64,000 bases of DNA from an uncultured Chloroflexia bacterium (GCA_963759405.1 CAVWZA010000017.1:71491-135490), one strand, 5' to 3'; shown: positions 29,590 to 39,688, numbered from the stretch's first letter. Notes: generated by a model from the letters alone, not told the origin. Made by a program: numbers and translations.

Positions 29590-30411
29590 ATGACAATCCG
29601 CCCAACCTTCGTCGTCATCCTTGGAATCGCCCTGGTCGTGTCCGCCTGTGCTGGTACCGCAGGTTCCAGCTCGGGCTCTCCACCAGCTGCCGCGGCGAGC
29701 CCGATGCCGATTGGGACCAGCCTCACTGAATGCAGCACCGGCTTGCCGTGCCACTGCGCGCATGACAGCCCGTGCCAGTTCGCGGGCGGCACGTACGCGA
29801 CCTTTGGGCGGTGGGCCTTCCTGCCGGGGCTGGCCATGACAATACCTGGCGGCTGGTCCAGCACTGAGCAGGACGCGGGTGAGTTCAATCTGCTCAACAG
29901 CAACTACGGCCTGGGCGGGCTGTTCTTCTGGCGCGACATGATCCCGGTCGATCCCGAAGGGAAACCGCTTGTCGACGTGCCCTCGACGCCTGAGGCTTTG
30001 ACCGACTGGTTTACCGCGAACCCCAACCTGACCGTAACGGAGCCTGAGTCGGTCACCATTGGGCATGGCATCGATGCCACCACCTTCACGTTCGCGACGG
30101 CGCCTGGCGCGCTGAACACGGACCCGGCCTGCCCAGACTACCCGCCGGGTGCCGCCGTGTGTTTCGGGCTCATCACAGATCCGGTGCATTGGGGCGCCGG
30201 CGGCTGGTGGATTGCCTCGGCCCACGCCACCCGCCTGTATCTCGCTTCAATCGGGCCGGATAGCAGCCCACACCTGCTGCTGGTCGCGGTCCTGGGCACT
30301 ATCGAGGCTCCCTCGACGGAGACCGATCCGTTCGTGGAGCTGGCGCGCATCGAAGCTGCGGTTCAGCCGATCCTGGACAGCCTCGACGTGTCGAATGTGA
30401 CGTTCAATTAG
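29590..30411 (+). CDS. Cys-rich lipoprotein, paralogous to the anti-sigma extracellular domain
   Basis: Lipobox LVVSAC. Shares FFxRD, WxxANPNLTxTxPExVTxG, RLYL and QPxxDS with the preceding protein. Confidence 0.7.
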   Translation: MTIRPTFVVILGIALVVSACAGTAGSSSGSPPAAAASPMPIGTSLTECSTGLPCHCAHDSPCQFAGGTYATFGRWAFLPGLAMTIPGGWSSTEQDAGEFNLLNSNYGLGGLFFWRDMIPVDPEGKPLVDVPSTPEALTDWFTANPNLTVTEPESVTIGHGIDATTFTFATAPGALNTDPACPDYPPGAAVCFGLITDPVHWGAGGWWIASAHATRLYLASIGPDSSPHLLLVAVLGTIEAPSTETDPFVELARIEAAVQPILDSLDVSNVTFN

Positions 30412-30463
30412 GTGAGACGTTGCCGCCGATAATCCGCATGTCTTGCCTGTGTCGGGGAGGGGT

Positions 30464-31381
30464 ATGAGAAACCGCCCAAGCATCCTCGTCGCTCTGACAG
30501 TCGTCGTAACGGCGTGCGGCGCGACAACGTCGACCGAGGACGCGCCGCAGACGACCACCCCACAGGCTCCACAGCAATCCGCGCGGGCGCGTTCGGCACC
30601 GCTTGCCGGAATGTTCTCGCTGGGCGATGGCCGGGATCTGTTCCTGCGGTGTGCTGGGGAAGGATCGCCGACCATCATCCTTGAGGCCGGCGGCCAGGAC
30701 GACTCGGACACCTGGGGGCCCGCTGACGGTCGTCCGTTCTTCGATCAGCTGCAGCAGCTCACCCGTACCTGCGCCTATGACCGCGCCAACATGGCGCAGA
30801 GCGACCCCGCACCCGGCCCGCGCTATGCCCAGGACTCGGCCGACGATCTGGCAGCCCTGCTGGCCACAGCGGAGGTACCCGGACCGTACCTTCTCATCGG
30901 ATCGTCGTGGGGCGGGATCATCGTCGCTGGCTACGCCGCCGATCATCCGGAGGACGTGGCCGGAATGGTGCTCCTCGATGCGGCTTACCCGTCGACCGAT
31001 CCGGGGATGGACGCGACCCATGCCAACCTGCCGCCGGAGGAATGGGCTGCCATCGTCGCTGCCGAGAAGTGGGATAACCCGCAGAACCGCGAGCACGTGG
31101 ACATACCGACCAGCATCGGCCCGATGGCCACGAAGATGGACCGTATTCCAGACGTGCCGATCACGGCCGTCACGGCAACGCTTTCCTCGGACTGTCCACC
31201 CGCCTGGCCCTGCGAGGAGATCCTGCGGGATGAGGCCGTCCTGCAGGCCCAGTGGGCGGAGCTGTCACCTCACGGTCGGCAGGTGTTCGTAGCAACTGGC
31301 CACGTGACCTACGTGGAAGACCCGGAGGCCATCGTGGAGATCATCACCGACACACTGGAGGAGATCCGAAGCGTGCGGTGA
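30464..31381 (+). CDS. Lipoprotein alpha/beta hydrolase
   Basis: Lipobox VVTAC; GEGSPTIILEAG, CAYDRAN, GSSWGG nucleophile elbow, VLLDA, TGHVTY; GGAGG RBS. Confidence 0.85.
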   Translation: MRNRPSILVALTVVVTACGATTSTEDAPQTTTPQAPQQSARARSAPLAGMFSLGDGRDLFLRCAGEGSPTIILEAGGQDDSDTWGPADGRPFFDQLQQLTRTCAYDRANMAQSDPAPGPRYAQDSADDLAALLATAEVPGPYLLIGSSWGGIIVAGYAADHPEDVAGMVLLDAAYPSTDPGMDATHANLPPEEWAAIVAAEKWDNPQNREHVDIPTSIGPMATKMDRIPDVPITAVTATLSSDCPPAWPCEEILRDEAVLQAQWAELSPHGRQVFVATGHVTYVEDPEAIVEIITDTLEEIRSVR

Positions 31382-31436
31382 GAGACCGCGAGCTGCGCGA
31401 GGACGCATACCGGAGACGAGCGGTAGTATCGGGCGC

Positions 31437-32001
31437 ATGACGGCGGACCGACTCCACTAGACCGGCGACGACGAAGCCGATCGGCTGCTCGTGAGCGAGC
31501 CGATGGCGCTCCTCATCGGCTTCGCGCTCGACCAGCAGGTGCCCGTGCAGAAGGCGTTCTCCGGGCCGAAGGTCCTGCTCGATCGCCTCGGGACCATCGA
31601 CGCCGGCGCAGCTCGCGTCGATCGACCCGGAACGGCTGGAAGCCGCCTCCAAGGGTCCGCCGGCGATCCACCGCTTCCCCGGCGCCATGGCCAAGCGGGT
31701 ACGCGAGCTGGCCACCTACATCTCCGAAACCTACGACGGTGATGCCGCCCGCCTATGGACCGATGCGTCCGACGCGCGAGACCTCAAGAGGCGCATCGCC
31801 GCCCTGCCCGGCTTCGGCCAGATGAAGGTCGCCTCGCTGTTCGCCGTGCTGACGAAGCGCCTCGGCATCCACCCGGCGGGCTGGGAGGAGGAGCTGCCGT
31901 CGCATCCGACCCTCGGTGACGTCGACTCGGCCGCGGCGCTCGCCTCCTACCAGGCGACGAAGCGCGCCATGAAGGCGGAGATGCGCGCAGCCAAGGGGTG
32001 A
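31437..32001 (+). CDS. HhH-GPD-type base-excision DNA repair family protein (in-frame TAG at codon 8 and frameshift at ~31612, probably sequencing errors)
   Basis: TGDDEADRLL, ALLIGFALDQQVPVQKAFSGP, PPAIHRFPGAMAKRV, YDGDAARLW, ALPGFGQMK, TLGDVDS. Confidence 0.8.
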
Positions 32002-32005
32002 CGCG

Positions 32006-32778
32006 TCAGGCGGGGTTCGAGATGTGGAGCATCTCGCCCACGGTCTCGAAGCCGATGCGGGCGTAGATCCGCTCCTCGACCTCGGACTCGGCCATCAGGA
32101 AGACGGTCCCGGCTCCAGCCGCCTGGGCTTCTCGCGCCAGCCAACGCACCACGGCGGTCGCGATCCCTCGCCGCCGGAACGGCTCGCGCACGCCGATCGC
32201 CGCGATCTCGGTGACGCCGTCCCGGGGTGACGGAAAGAGACCGCCGCCGATTGCCTCGCCTCCATCGGCCAGACGCGCGAGGACGACGCGACCCCCGTTA
32301 TTGATCGTGCGGCGCAGGCCGTCCCCGCCGGCAGGTCCTGGCGGTCCCTCCCCGTACGCCTCGTTCTGGGCGGTGGCGGTCGCCAGGAGCTCCGCATCGG
32401 TGATTGGCGCGACGAGCTCTACTCCCACCGGCACGGTGCCGTCGAGGTCTGTCGCCGGGTCCAACAGCATGAGTGGTAGCCGGCCCTCGACCTGCCATCC
32501 CGCCGCCGCCAACACCGGCTCGACGTCGGGCGCCACGGCGGGAACGTACTCGAGACGCGGCAACCGGTCTCTGCTTCGGTAGGCGTCGGTCAGTGCGGCG
32601 ACGTGTGAGGGGCTGGGGGTCGCGCCGTCATCAGGGATGGCGTAGTTCGCGAACCGGTTCGAGTCGGAGCTCGAGAAGCTGGCGAGGAACGGGCCGACCC
32701 GCGCCGTGTCCCGCGCGAGGGTCACCGAGGCTCGGAGGTACGCCGTGACCTGCGCTCCGAACGTCAGCTCGTCGACGC

Positions 32779-32782
<4 letters not shown>
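32006..32782 (-). CDS. GNAT family N-acetyltransferase
   Basis: EIAAIGVREPFRRRGIATAV (acetyl-CoA motif A), IYARIGF. Confidence 0.85.
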
Positions 32783-33267
<485 letters not shown>

Positions 33268-33344
33268 GCCGTCAGCCTAGGACCGATGCCTCAACGTTGC
33301 ACGCCGATCGCGAAGGAGCCCGCTCCGCCGCTATCCTCGATGGC

Positions 33345-33785
33345 ATGACGATCCAGCGCATGGACCACGTCAGCGTCGTCGTCGACGACCTGGCGGCTGC
33401 CATTTCGTTCTTCGTCGAGCTCGGCCTGGAGCAGGAAGGCGAGGCGACCGTCGAAGGCACGGCGGTGGACCGCCTCAATGGTCTCGACGGCGTCCGCGCC
33501 GACATCACCATGATGCGCACCCCGGACGGGCACGGGCGCCTCGAGCTGACGAAGTTCAGGACCCCGGCGGTGATCAGCGGTGAGCCACACCCTGCCCCTC
33601 CGAACACGCTCGGTCTGCGCAGCGTCATGTTCACGGTTGACGACGTCGACGCGCTTGTTGCCCGCCTGCGGGCACACGGCGGTGAGCTCGTCGGCGAGGT
33701 CGCCCAGTACGAGGAAAGCTACCGGCTCTGCTACGTGCGGGGACCGGCGGGGATCATCGTCGCGCTGGCCGAGAAGCTCGGCTAG
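33345..33785 (+). CDS. VOC/glyoxalase family protein
   Basis: MDHVSVVVDDL..AISFFVELGL, TPDGHGRLELTKF, YRLCYVRGPAGIIVALAE. Confidence 0.88.
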   Translation: MTIQRMDHVSVVVDDLAAAISFFVELGLEQEGEATVEGTAVDRLNGLDGVRADITMMRTPDGHGRLELTKFRTPAVISGEPHPAPPNTLGLRSVMFTVDDVDALVARLRAHGGELVGEVAQYEESYRLCYVRGPAGIIVALAEKLG

Positions 33786-33792
33786 AAGGAAC

Positions 33793-34776
33793 TCAGCGCG
33801 TGAGCTCTGCGCCGTAGCGGTCGAGCTGCGCTTCCTCGTCGCCGTTCATGAGGTAGACGTTGAACTGCGTCACGCCCGCGTCGGCCAGCTCGGCGAGACG
33901 CTCGCGGTGCGCGGCCGCCGAACCGACGATCGCGAAGCGGTCGACGATCTCGTCGCTCACGAAGCGGGCGTTGTCACTGCCCACCTCGGCGTGGTGCAGG
34001 TAGTCGTAGCCCTCGCGGTTCTCGACGTAGTGCCACAGCGACTCGGGGAGATCGGCCTTGTCGTACTTGTTGATGAGGTCGACCACGTGGTTGCTGACCA
34101 GGGCGGGGAACCAGCGCACGCGCTCGCGGGCCTCGGCCACATCGTCGGAGATGTAGGCGGCGGCCGCGGCCATGACCTCGATGCTGTCGGGATCGCGACC
34201 GGCCTCCTCGGCGGCGGCGCGGACGAAGCCCATGCACCAGCGGATGACGTCCGGGTCGGCGAGCTGGAGGATGATCCCATCCGCCACGCGTCCGGCGGCG
34301 GCCAGCGCCATCGGTCCATAGCCGGCGACCCAGATCGGTACCGGACCCTGGCTTGCCCACGTGAACTGCAGCTCGGTGTCGTCGACGGTGATCTTCTCCC
34401 CGGCGGTGAGAGCGCGCACGATCCGGCAGCACTCCTCCATGTAGGCCACCGTCGTCGGCTTCTTGCCCATCACCCGCCGAGCGCTGTCGCCGCGGCCAAT
34501 GCCGAGGTCCATCCGTCCGCCTGTGATCTCGTTCAGCGTCGCCAGCGCGCTCGCCGTCACCGTGATGTCGCGGGTCGCCGGGTTCGTGACGCACGTGCCG
34601 AGGCGCAGGCGCTCGGTCGCCGCGCCGATCAACGTCAGCAGCGGATACGGATCCCGCCACAGGACGTGCGAGTCGAACATCCAGGCGTATTCGAAGCCGT
34701 TACCCTCGGCCCGCTTCGCCAGATCTACCGATCGCTCGTACCGGTGATCCGGTTTGATCGTGATCCCGAACTTCAT
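33793..34776 (-). CDS. LLM-class F420-dependent oxidoreductase, TIGR03842 (CPS_4043)-like
   Basis: FDSHVLWRDPY, GTCVTNPATR, GIGRGDSARRV.GKKPTT, WVAGYGP, ILQLADP, RWFPALVSNHVVDL, YDYLHHAEVG; next to the ureidopropionase. Confidence 0.85.
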   Translation of the reverse strand: MKFGITIKPDHRYERSVDLAKRAEGNGFEYAWMFDSHVLWRDPYPLLTLIGAATERLRLGTCVTNPATRDITVTASALATLNEITGGRMDLGIGRGDSARRVMGKKPTTVAYMEECCRIVRALTAGEKITVDDTELQFTWASQGPVPIWVAGYGPMALAAAGRVADGIILQLADPDVIRWCMGFVRAAAEEAGRDPDSIEVMAAAAAYISDDVAEARERVRWFPALVSNHVVDLINKYDKADLPESLWHYVENREGYDYLHHAEVGSDNARFVSDEIVDRFAIVGSAAAHRERLAELADAGVTQFNVYLMNGDEEAQLDRYGAELTR

Positions 34777-34827
34777 CCTTGGCCTCTGCTAGGTCCGCGA
34801 AGCTTGCTTGGCGTCGAACGGTCCAAG

Positions 34828-34955
34828 TTCACACGAGGCGTGCGTTATTCGGACTCATGCGCCGCGAACGGTCAGTTGGGGCCGCTCCTGCACACCTGAC
34901 GTGAATTGCGACATTTCCCGCGCTGATTGGCCCCATAACGCACAGGACATGTGAA
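34828..34955. repeat. Imperfect 21-bp inverted repeat bounding an intergenic element
   Basis: TTCACACGAGGCGTGCGTTAT (34828-34848) matches the reverse complement of ATAACGCACAGGACATGTGAA (34935-34955) at 16/21 positions. Confidence 0.55.
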
Positions 34956-34987
34956 TCTGGCAGCGCCGTCGGCCAAGCCGGCACCCG

Positions 34988-35836
34988 CTACGGCCGGACG
35001 AGGTCTTCGTAGGCGTCCGGCCGCCGGTCGCGGTAGAACTGCCAGAGCTGCCGCACCTCGGTCACCTTCTCGAGGTCGAGGTCGCGAACCAGCAGCTCCT
35101 CGTCGTGGGCGTCGCCGACGTCGCCGACGAATTGGCCGCGCGGATCGGCGAAGTAGGACTGGCCGTAGAAGTCGTTCTCGCCCAGCGGCTCGATGCCGAC
35201 ACGGTTGATGGTGCCCACGAAGTAGCCATTGGCGACGGCGTGCGACACCTGCTCGATGCGCCACAGGTATTCGGACAGGCCGCGTGACGTGGCCGACGGG
35301 ATGAAGACGATCTCGGCGCCGTTGAGGCCAAGGGCCCGCGCGCCCTCGGGGAAGTGGCGGTCGTAGCAGATGTAGACGCCGACCTTGCCGACGGCGGTGT
35401 CGAAGACCGGGTAACCGAGGTTGCCGGGGCGGAAGTAGAACTTCTCCCAGAAGCCCTTGACCTGCGGGATGTGGGTCTTGCGGTACTTGCCGAGGTACGT
35501 GCCGTCGGCGTCGATGACCGCCGCGGTGTTGTAGTAGATGCCCTGGGCGTGCTCGTCCTCCTCGTACATCGGCACGATGAGGACCATCCCGGTCTCCTTC
35601 GCCAGCGCCTGCATGCGCTGGGTGGTCGGGCCATCGGGGATGTGCTCGGTGTACGAGAAGTACTGCGGGTCCTGGACCTGGCAGAAGTAGGGGCCGTAGA
35701 AGAGCTCCTGGAAGCACATGACCTTGGCGCCGTCGGCGGCCGCCTCGCGGGCGTACTTCTCGTGCTTCTCGATCATCGACTCCTTGTCGCCGGTCCACTC
35801 CGCCTGGACCAGCGCCGCCCGGACGATTCGCGCCAT
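34988..35836 (-). CDS. Nitrilase-superfamily C-N hydrolase, beta-ureidopropionase-like
   Basis: FQELFYGPYFC, YYNTAAVIDADG, YRKTHIP (Lys), FWEKFYFRPGN, YICYDRHFPEG (Cys), FYRDRRPDAY. Confidence 0.88.
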   Translation of the reverse strand: MARIVRAALVQAEWTGDKESMIEKHEKYAREAAADGAKVMCFQELFYGPYFCQVQDPQYFSYTEHIPDGPTTQRMQALAKETGMVLIVPMYEEDEHAQGIYYNTAAVIDADGTYLGKYRKTHIPQVKGFWEKFYFRPGNLGYPVFDTAVGKVGVYICYDRHFPEGARALGLNGAEIVFIPSATSRGLSEYLWRIEQVSHAVANGYFVGTINRVGIEPLGENDFYGQSYFADPRGQFVGDVGDAHDEELLVRDLDLEKVTEVRQLWQFYRDRRPDAYEDLVRP

Positions 35837-35957
35837 GTTCACCCTCCGCAGAACCGAATCGGCTCGCATTGAAGTCTGGATGGAAGCCGATACTCTACAC
35901 CGGAGCCGATGATGGTCCGACGCCCGATTTCCGCCTAGCCGCTAGGCTGGGCGGCCC

Positions 35958-37133
35958 ATGAACCTCATCGATGCGGGCGTCCTCGCGCTGCTCGTGATCG
36001 GCCTGATCTCCGGCGCGCGCGCCGGCTTCCTCGGGCCGGTGCTCGGCCTCGTCGGCGCCGCCATCGGGTTCGGCCTGGCGCTGCTGCTGGCGACGGTGTT
36101 CAGCGACCAGCTGGCGGTCATCGAGCAGCCGATGCGGGCGATCGCGACCATGGTCGGCCTCGGCGCGTTCGTGATCGTCGGCGAGGCAGTCGGTGCCGCG
36201 GGCGGGACGACGATGAGCCACAGCCTCTGGAAGAGCGGCCTGCGACCGCTCGACGCGGTGGGCGGTGCGGTCGTCGGCGTGGCACACGTCGCTCTCCTGG
36301 TCTGGCTCATCGGCGGCATGCTCGCGGCCGGGATGGCTCCCAGCCTGGCGTCGGCCGCGCGAGAGTCGGTGGCGCTGCGCATCGCCGGAGAGCGGCTGCC
36401 GCCGCCGACCATCGTGGCCGGCCAGCTCATCGCATTGCTCGACACGACCGGGCTGCCTCCCCTCTTCGCTGGCTTCGAGCCCGCACCGGCACCGCCGGTC
36501 GACCTGCCCGCGGACGCGGAGACCCGTGCGCTGGCCGAGTCCGCGATCGCCAGCACCGCGCGCATCGCGAGCACGGGCTGCGGCGAGGGCCAGGTGGTCG
36601 GGAGCGGCTTCTTCGTCTCGCCGACCGACGTCGTCACCAACGCGCACGTCGTCGCCGGCGGCGACGAGACGACCGTCACGATCGGTGGCGCGGTCCATCA
36701 CGCGGTCGTGGTCGCCTTCGATCCCGACACCGACCTCGCCCTCCTCAGCGTCCCCGATGCGCGCGCACCGGCGCTGCAGCTGAGCGAGACGGCGCCGACG
36801 CGCGGCACAACCGGGGTCGCGCTCGGCTATCCCGGCGGCGGCGTTCTGACGACCACGCCGGCCGGAGTGACGGCTGCGTTTCGAGCGGGCGGCCCGAACA
36901 TCTACGGGGACGGGCTCAACGAGCGGAGCGTCGTCGAGATGACCGCCCAGATCCGGCGCGGCAACAGCGGCGGACCGCTCGTGATCGCGCCGGGCGTGGT
37001 CGGTGGGGTGGTCTTCGGCGCGTCGCGCGCCGCGCCCGACGTCGGCTACGCGATCGGTTCCGACCAGGCGCTCGAGCTGCTCGGCCCGGCCATCGGTTCG
37101 GCGACGGCCGTCGACACCGGCGCCTGCCTGTAG
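35958..37133 (+). CDS. MarP-family membrane serine protease (CvpA + trypsin-like domains)
   Basis: 4 TM CvpA-like N-terminus; GSGF, VVTNAHVVAG (His), DLALL (Asp), GNSGGPL (Ser). Confidence 0.88.
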   Translation: MNLIDAGVLALLVIGLISGARAGFLGPVLGLVGAAIGFGLALLLATVFSDQLAVIEQPMRAIATMVGLGAFVIVGEAVGAAGGTTMSHSLWKSGLRPLDAVGGAVVGVAHVALLVWLIGGMLAAGMAPSLASAARESVALRIAGERLPPPTIVAGQLIALLDTTGLPPLFAGFEPAPAPPVDLPADAETRALAESAIASTARIASTGCGEGQVVGSGFFVSPTDVVTNAHVVAGGDETTVTIGGAVHHAVVVAFDPDTDLALLSVPDARAPALQLSETAPTRGTTGVALGYPGGGVLTTTPAGVTAAFRAGGPNIYGDGLNERSVVEMTAQIRRGNSGGPLVIAPGVVGGVVFGASRAAPDVGYAIGSDQALELLGPAIGSATAVDTGACL

Positions 37134-37142
37134 GCTTCCGCC

Positions 37143-37749
37143 ATGCCCTGGGCACGACCCGCCAAGATCGCCTTCATCGGCTCACACTCGGTGCGCAAGT
37201 CGAATGCCGTCCACGCCTTCGCCTCCACCATCGGGCGCGCCGGTCGCAGCGTGGAGGTCGGTCGCGAGGTCGTCCGCTTCAATCCGCTCGGCCTGAACGA
37301 GGGTGCCACCCCGGAGGCGCAGCTCTGGGTGCTGGTGACGCAGGTCCAGCAGGAGCTCGAGCTGGCCAGGCGCGCCGAGGTGCTCGTCACCGATCGGTCG
37401 GTCGTCGACAACTTCGCGTATTACCTGCGCGTCACCGGCGGCGAGGACCCGTTCGGAATCGAGCCGCTCATTCGCCGCTGGTCTGCGTCATACGACCTTT
37501 CGGTGCGCCTGCTCCCCGACATCGGCCTGCTTGCCGATGGGGTGCGGTCCACCAACGACGCGTTCCGCGACGAGATCGAGGCCATCCTCGACCGCATCCT
37601 GCCGATCTACCTGCCCCAGGACCGATGCGTCAGCGTCCCCGCCAGCAGCGTCACCGCCGACTACGACTGGTGGGCGATCGCCGAGCGGCTCGCCGGCCAT
37701 CGTCGACGAGCCGCTGGTCGAAGGTCAGCTGAGCGCCCCGCTGGCTTAG
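37143..37749 (+). CDS. P-loop AAA_28/nucleoside-kinase-like protein; frameshift at ~37697
   Basis: KIAFIGSHSVRKS (Walker-A-like), EVVR, LVTDRSVVDNFAY, DGVRST..FRDEIE. Confidence 0.65.
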
Positions 37750-37806
37750 AATGCGGAGCGCCGAGCGCGTCCCGAGCGCCGGAGTGCGCTGGGCACGGAG
37801 GCAACG

Positions 37807-38889
37807 GTGATCACGAGACCTCTGCAGGCGATCTTCGCCGCACCGTTCCTGCGGCGCATCGGCTTCCACGCCCGGCGCATCGGCGGCGAGATGGACCGCC
37901 ACTTCTTCATCACGCTGCTGAGCGCAGTCGTCGGCTTCGTGGTCGTCGCCGCGATCGTGATCACGCTGCTCGAGACTGAGAAGCGCAGCTTCGCCGGCTT
38001 CGGCAGCTCGTTCTATTGGGCCATCACCACCGTCATCGGCTCCGGCGATGCGAGCTACGTCAGTTCCCCGGGCGGCTTCCTGATCGGGTGGGTGCTCGCC
38101 TTCTTCGGGGTCGCCATCGTTGCCGCAATGACCGGTGCGGTCGTCGGATTCTTCATCGATATCCTGCTCAAGGAGGGCCAGGGAATGGGAGCCGCGGGCT
38201 ACCGCGACCACATCGTCGTCTGCGGCTGGAACACCACCGCCCGCGACCTCATCCAGGAGCTCAAGGGGGACGAGTTCACCACCAAGGTGGTCGTGCTGCA
38301 CGACGCCGAGCGCAACCCGGCCGGCGACGGCGTCTACTTCGTCCGCGGCGACATCACCAGCGCCGAGGACCTCGAGCGCACGGGGATCCGCGAGGCGGCG
38401 TCGGCCATCGTCTTTCCCTCCGATCGCTCGAACGAGGCCGACATGCGCTCCATCCTGGCCGTGATGGCCATCGAGTCGATCGCACCGCAGGTTCGGACCG
38501 TGGTGGAGGCGAACAATCCGACGCACGTCGACCACTTTCGCCGGGCCGAAGCCGACGAGATCCTGGTGACCTCGCGCCTGGCTTCCCGGCTCCTGGCGCG
38601 CTCGGCACTCTATCCCGGCCTCACCGAGCTGGTCACCGACATCGTGTCCGGGGGAGACGGGTCGGAGCTGTATCGGGTGATGCTTCCCGACGCCTACGTG
38701 GGGCTCTCGATCGACGAGCTGTCCACGCGGCTGCGCGGCGAGCACCACGCGACCCTGCTGGCCGTGACGCGGGACGGTCGCTCGCTCGTCAATCCGCCGG
38801 CGGACTTCCGCCTCCAGGCCGGCGACGACGCGGTCGTCGTCGCCGAAGGGCTGGGCGAGCTGCGGCCGCTCGAGCTCCAGCACGAGTAG
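37807..38889 (+). CDS. Two-TM ion channel with RCK (TrkA-N/TrkA-C) domains, MthK-like
   Basis: TM1, SFYWAITTVIGSGD pore region, TM2, DHIVVCGWN, FVRGD, ADEILV, NPPADFRLQAGD. Confidence 0.85.
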   Translation: MITRPLQAIFAAPFLRRIGFHARRIGGEMDRHFFITLLSAVVGFVVVAAIVITLLETEKRSFAGFGSSFYWAITTVIGSGDASYVSSPGGFLIGWVLAFFGVAIVAAMTGAVVGFFIDILLKEGQGMGAAGYRDHIVVCGWNTTARDLIQELKGDEFTTKVVVLHDAERNPAGDGVYFVRGDITSAEDLERTGIREAASAIVFPSDRSNEADMRSILAVMAIESIAPQVRTVVEANNPTHVDHFRRAEADEILVTSRLASRLLARSALYPGLTELVTDIVSGGDGSELYRVMLPDAYVGLSIDELSTRLRGEHHATLLAVTRDGRSLVNPPADFRLQAGDDAVVVAEGLGELRPLELQHE

Positions 38890-38893
38890 ACCG

Positions 38894-39679
38894 ATGGACC
38901 TGGGACTCCGCGGGCGGACCGCGATCGTGGGTGGCGCGACCTCCGGGCTGGGTCGGGCCTCGGCCGAAGCGCTCGCCGCCGAGGGCTGCCGCCTGCTCAT
39001 CTGGTCGCGCGACGAGGGCCGCCTGGCGGCAGCCGCCGAGGAGATCCGAGCGGCGCACGGCGTTGACGTCGCGCACGTGGCGGCCGATGCGTCGACGGCC
39101 GACGCGGCGGCGATCGTCGCGGCGGCCGCGGAGGCGTTCGGCACGATCGACATCGTGGTCACCAATGCGGGCGGGCCGCCGACCGTGGATCCCACGGCCA
39201 CCGATGCGGCCGGCTGGCAGCGCACCATCCAGCTGCTGGCAACGACGCCGATCGAGCTCACCACGCGCCTCCTGCCCGGAATGCGCGAACGCGGGTGGGG
39301 ACGCGTCGTCTCGATCCTGTCCAGCGGCGTTCGCCAGCCGATCGGCGACCTGGTCTATTCGAACGCCGGCCGCTCGGTGCTCGCCGCCTGGCTCAAGACC
39401 ACGGCTCGCTCGATCGCCGCCGAGGGCGTGACGCTCAACGGCGTCCTGCCCGGACGCCTGTCGACGCCGCGCATCCACGAGCTCGACTCCGGGCGCGCCG
39501 AGCGCGAGGGCACCAGCGAGGACGCCGTGCGGGCGGCGCACATCGCCACCATTCCGGCGGGGCGCTACGGGCGCCCGGAGGAGCTGGGAGCCCTCGTCGC
39601 GTTCCTCGCGTCGGAGCGAGCGTCGTACGTGACCGGGCAGCTGGTCGCCGTCGACGGAGGCCTGATCGCCGGGCTGTAG
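38894..39679 (+). CDS. SDR family oxidoreductase
   Basis: MDLGLRGRTAIVGGATSGLG, VTNAGGPP, SNAGR, NGVLPG, PAGRYGRPEE, VDGG. Confidence 0.9.
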   Translation: MDLGLRGRTAIVGGATSGLGRASAEALAAEGCRLLIWSRDEGRLAAAAEEIRAAHGVDVAHVAADASTADAAAIVAAAAEAFGTIDIVVTNAGGPPTVDPTATDAAGWQRTIQLLATTPIELTTRLLPGMRERGWGRVVSILSSGVRQPIGDLVYSNAGRSVLAAWLKTTARSIAAEGVTLNGVLPGRLSTPRIHELDSGRAEREGTSEDAVRAAHIATIPAGRYGRPEELGALVAFLASERASYVTGQLVAVDGGLIAGL

Positions 39680-39688
39680 GATGCGGCA

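Noticed and set aside
31458-31460. In-frame TAG in the HhH-GPD gene as pyrrolysine or stop-codon recoding
   Set aside because: It is one base from TAC (Tyr). TAG serves as a normal stop elsewhere in the window, no pyl genes are seen, and the same gene has other apparent errors.
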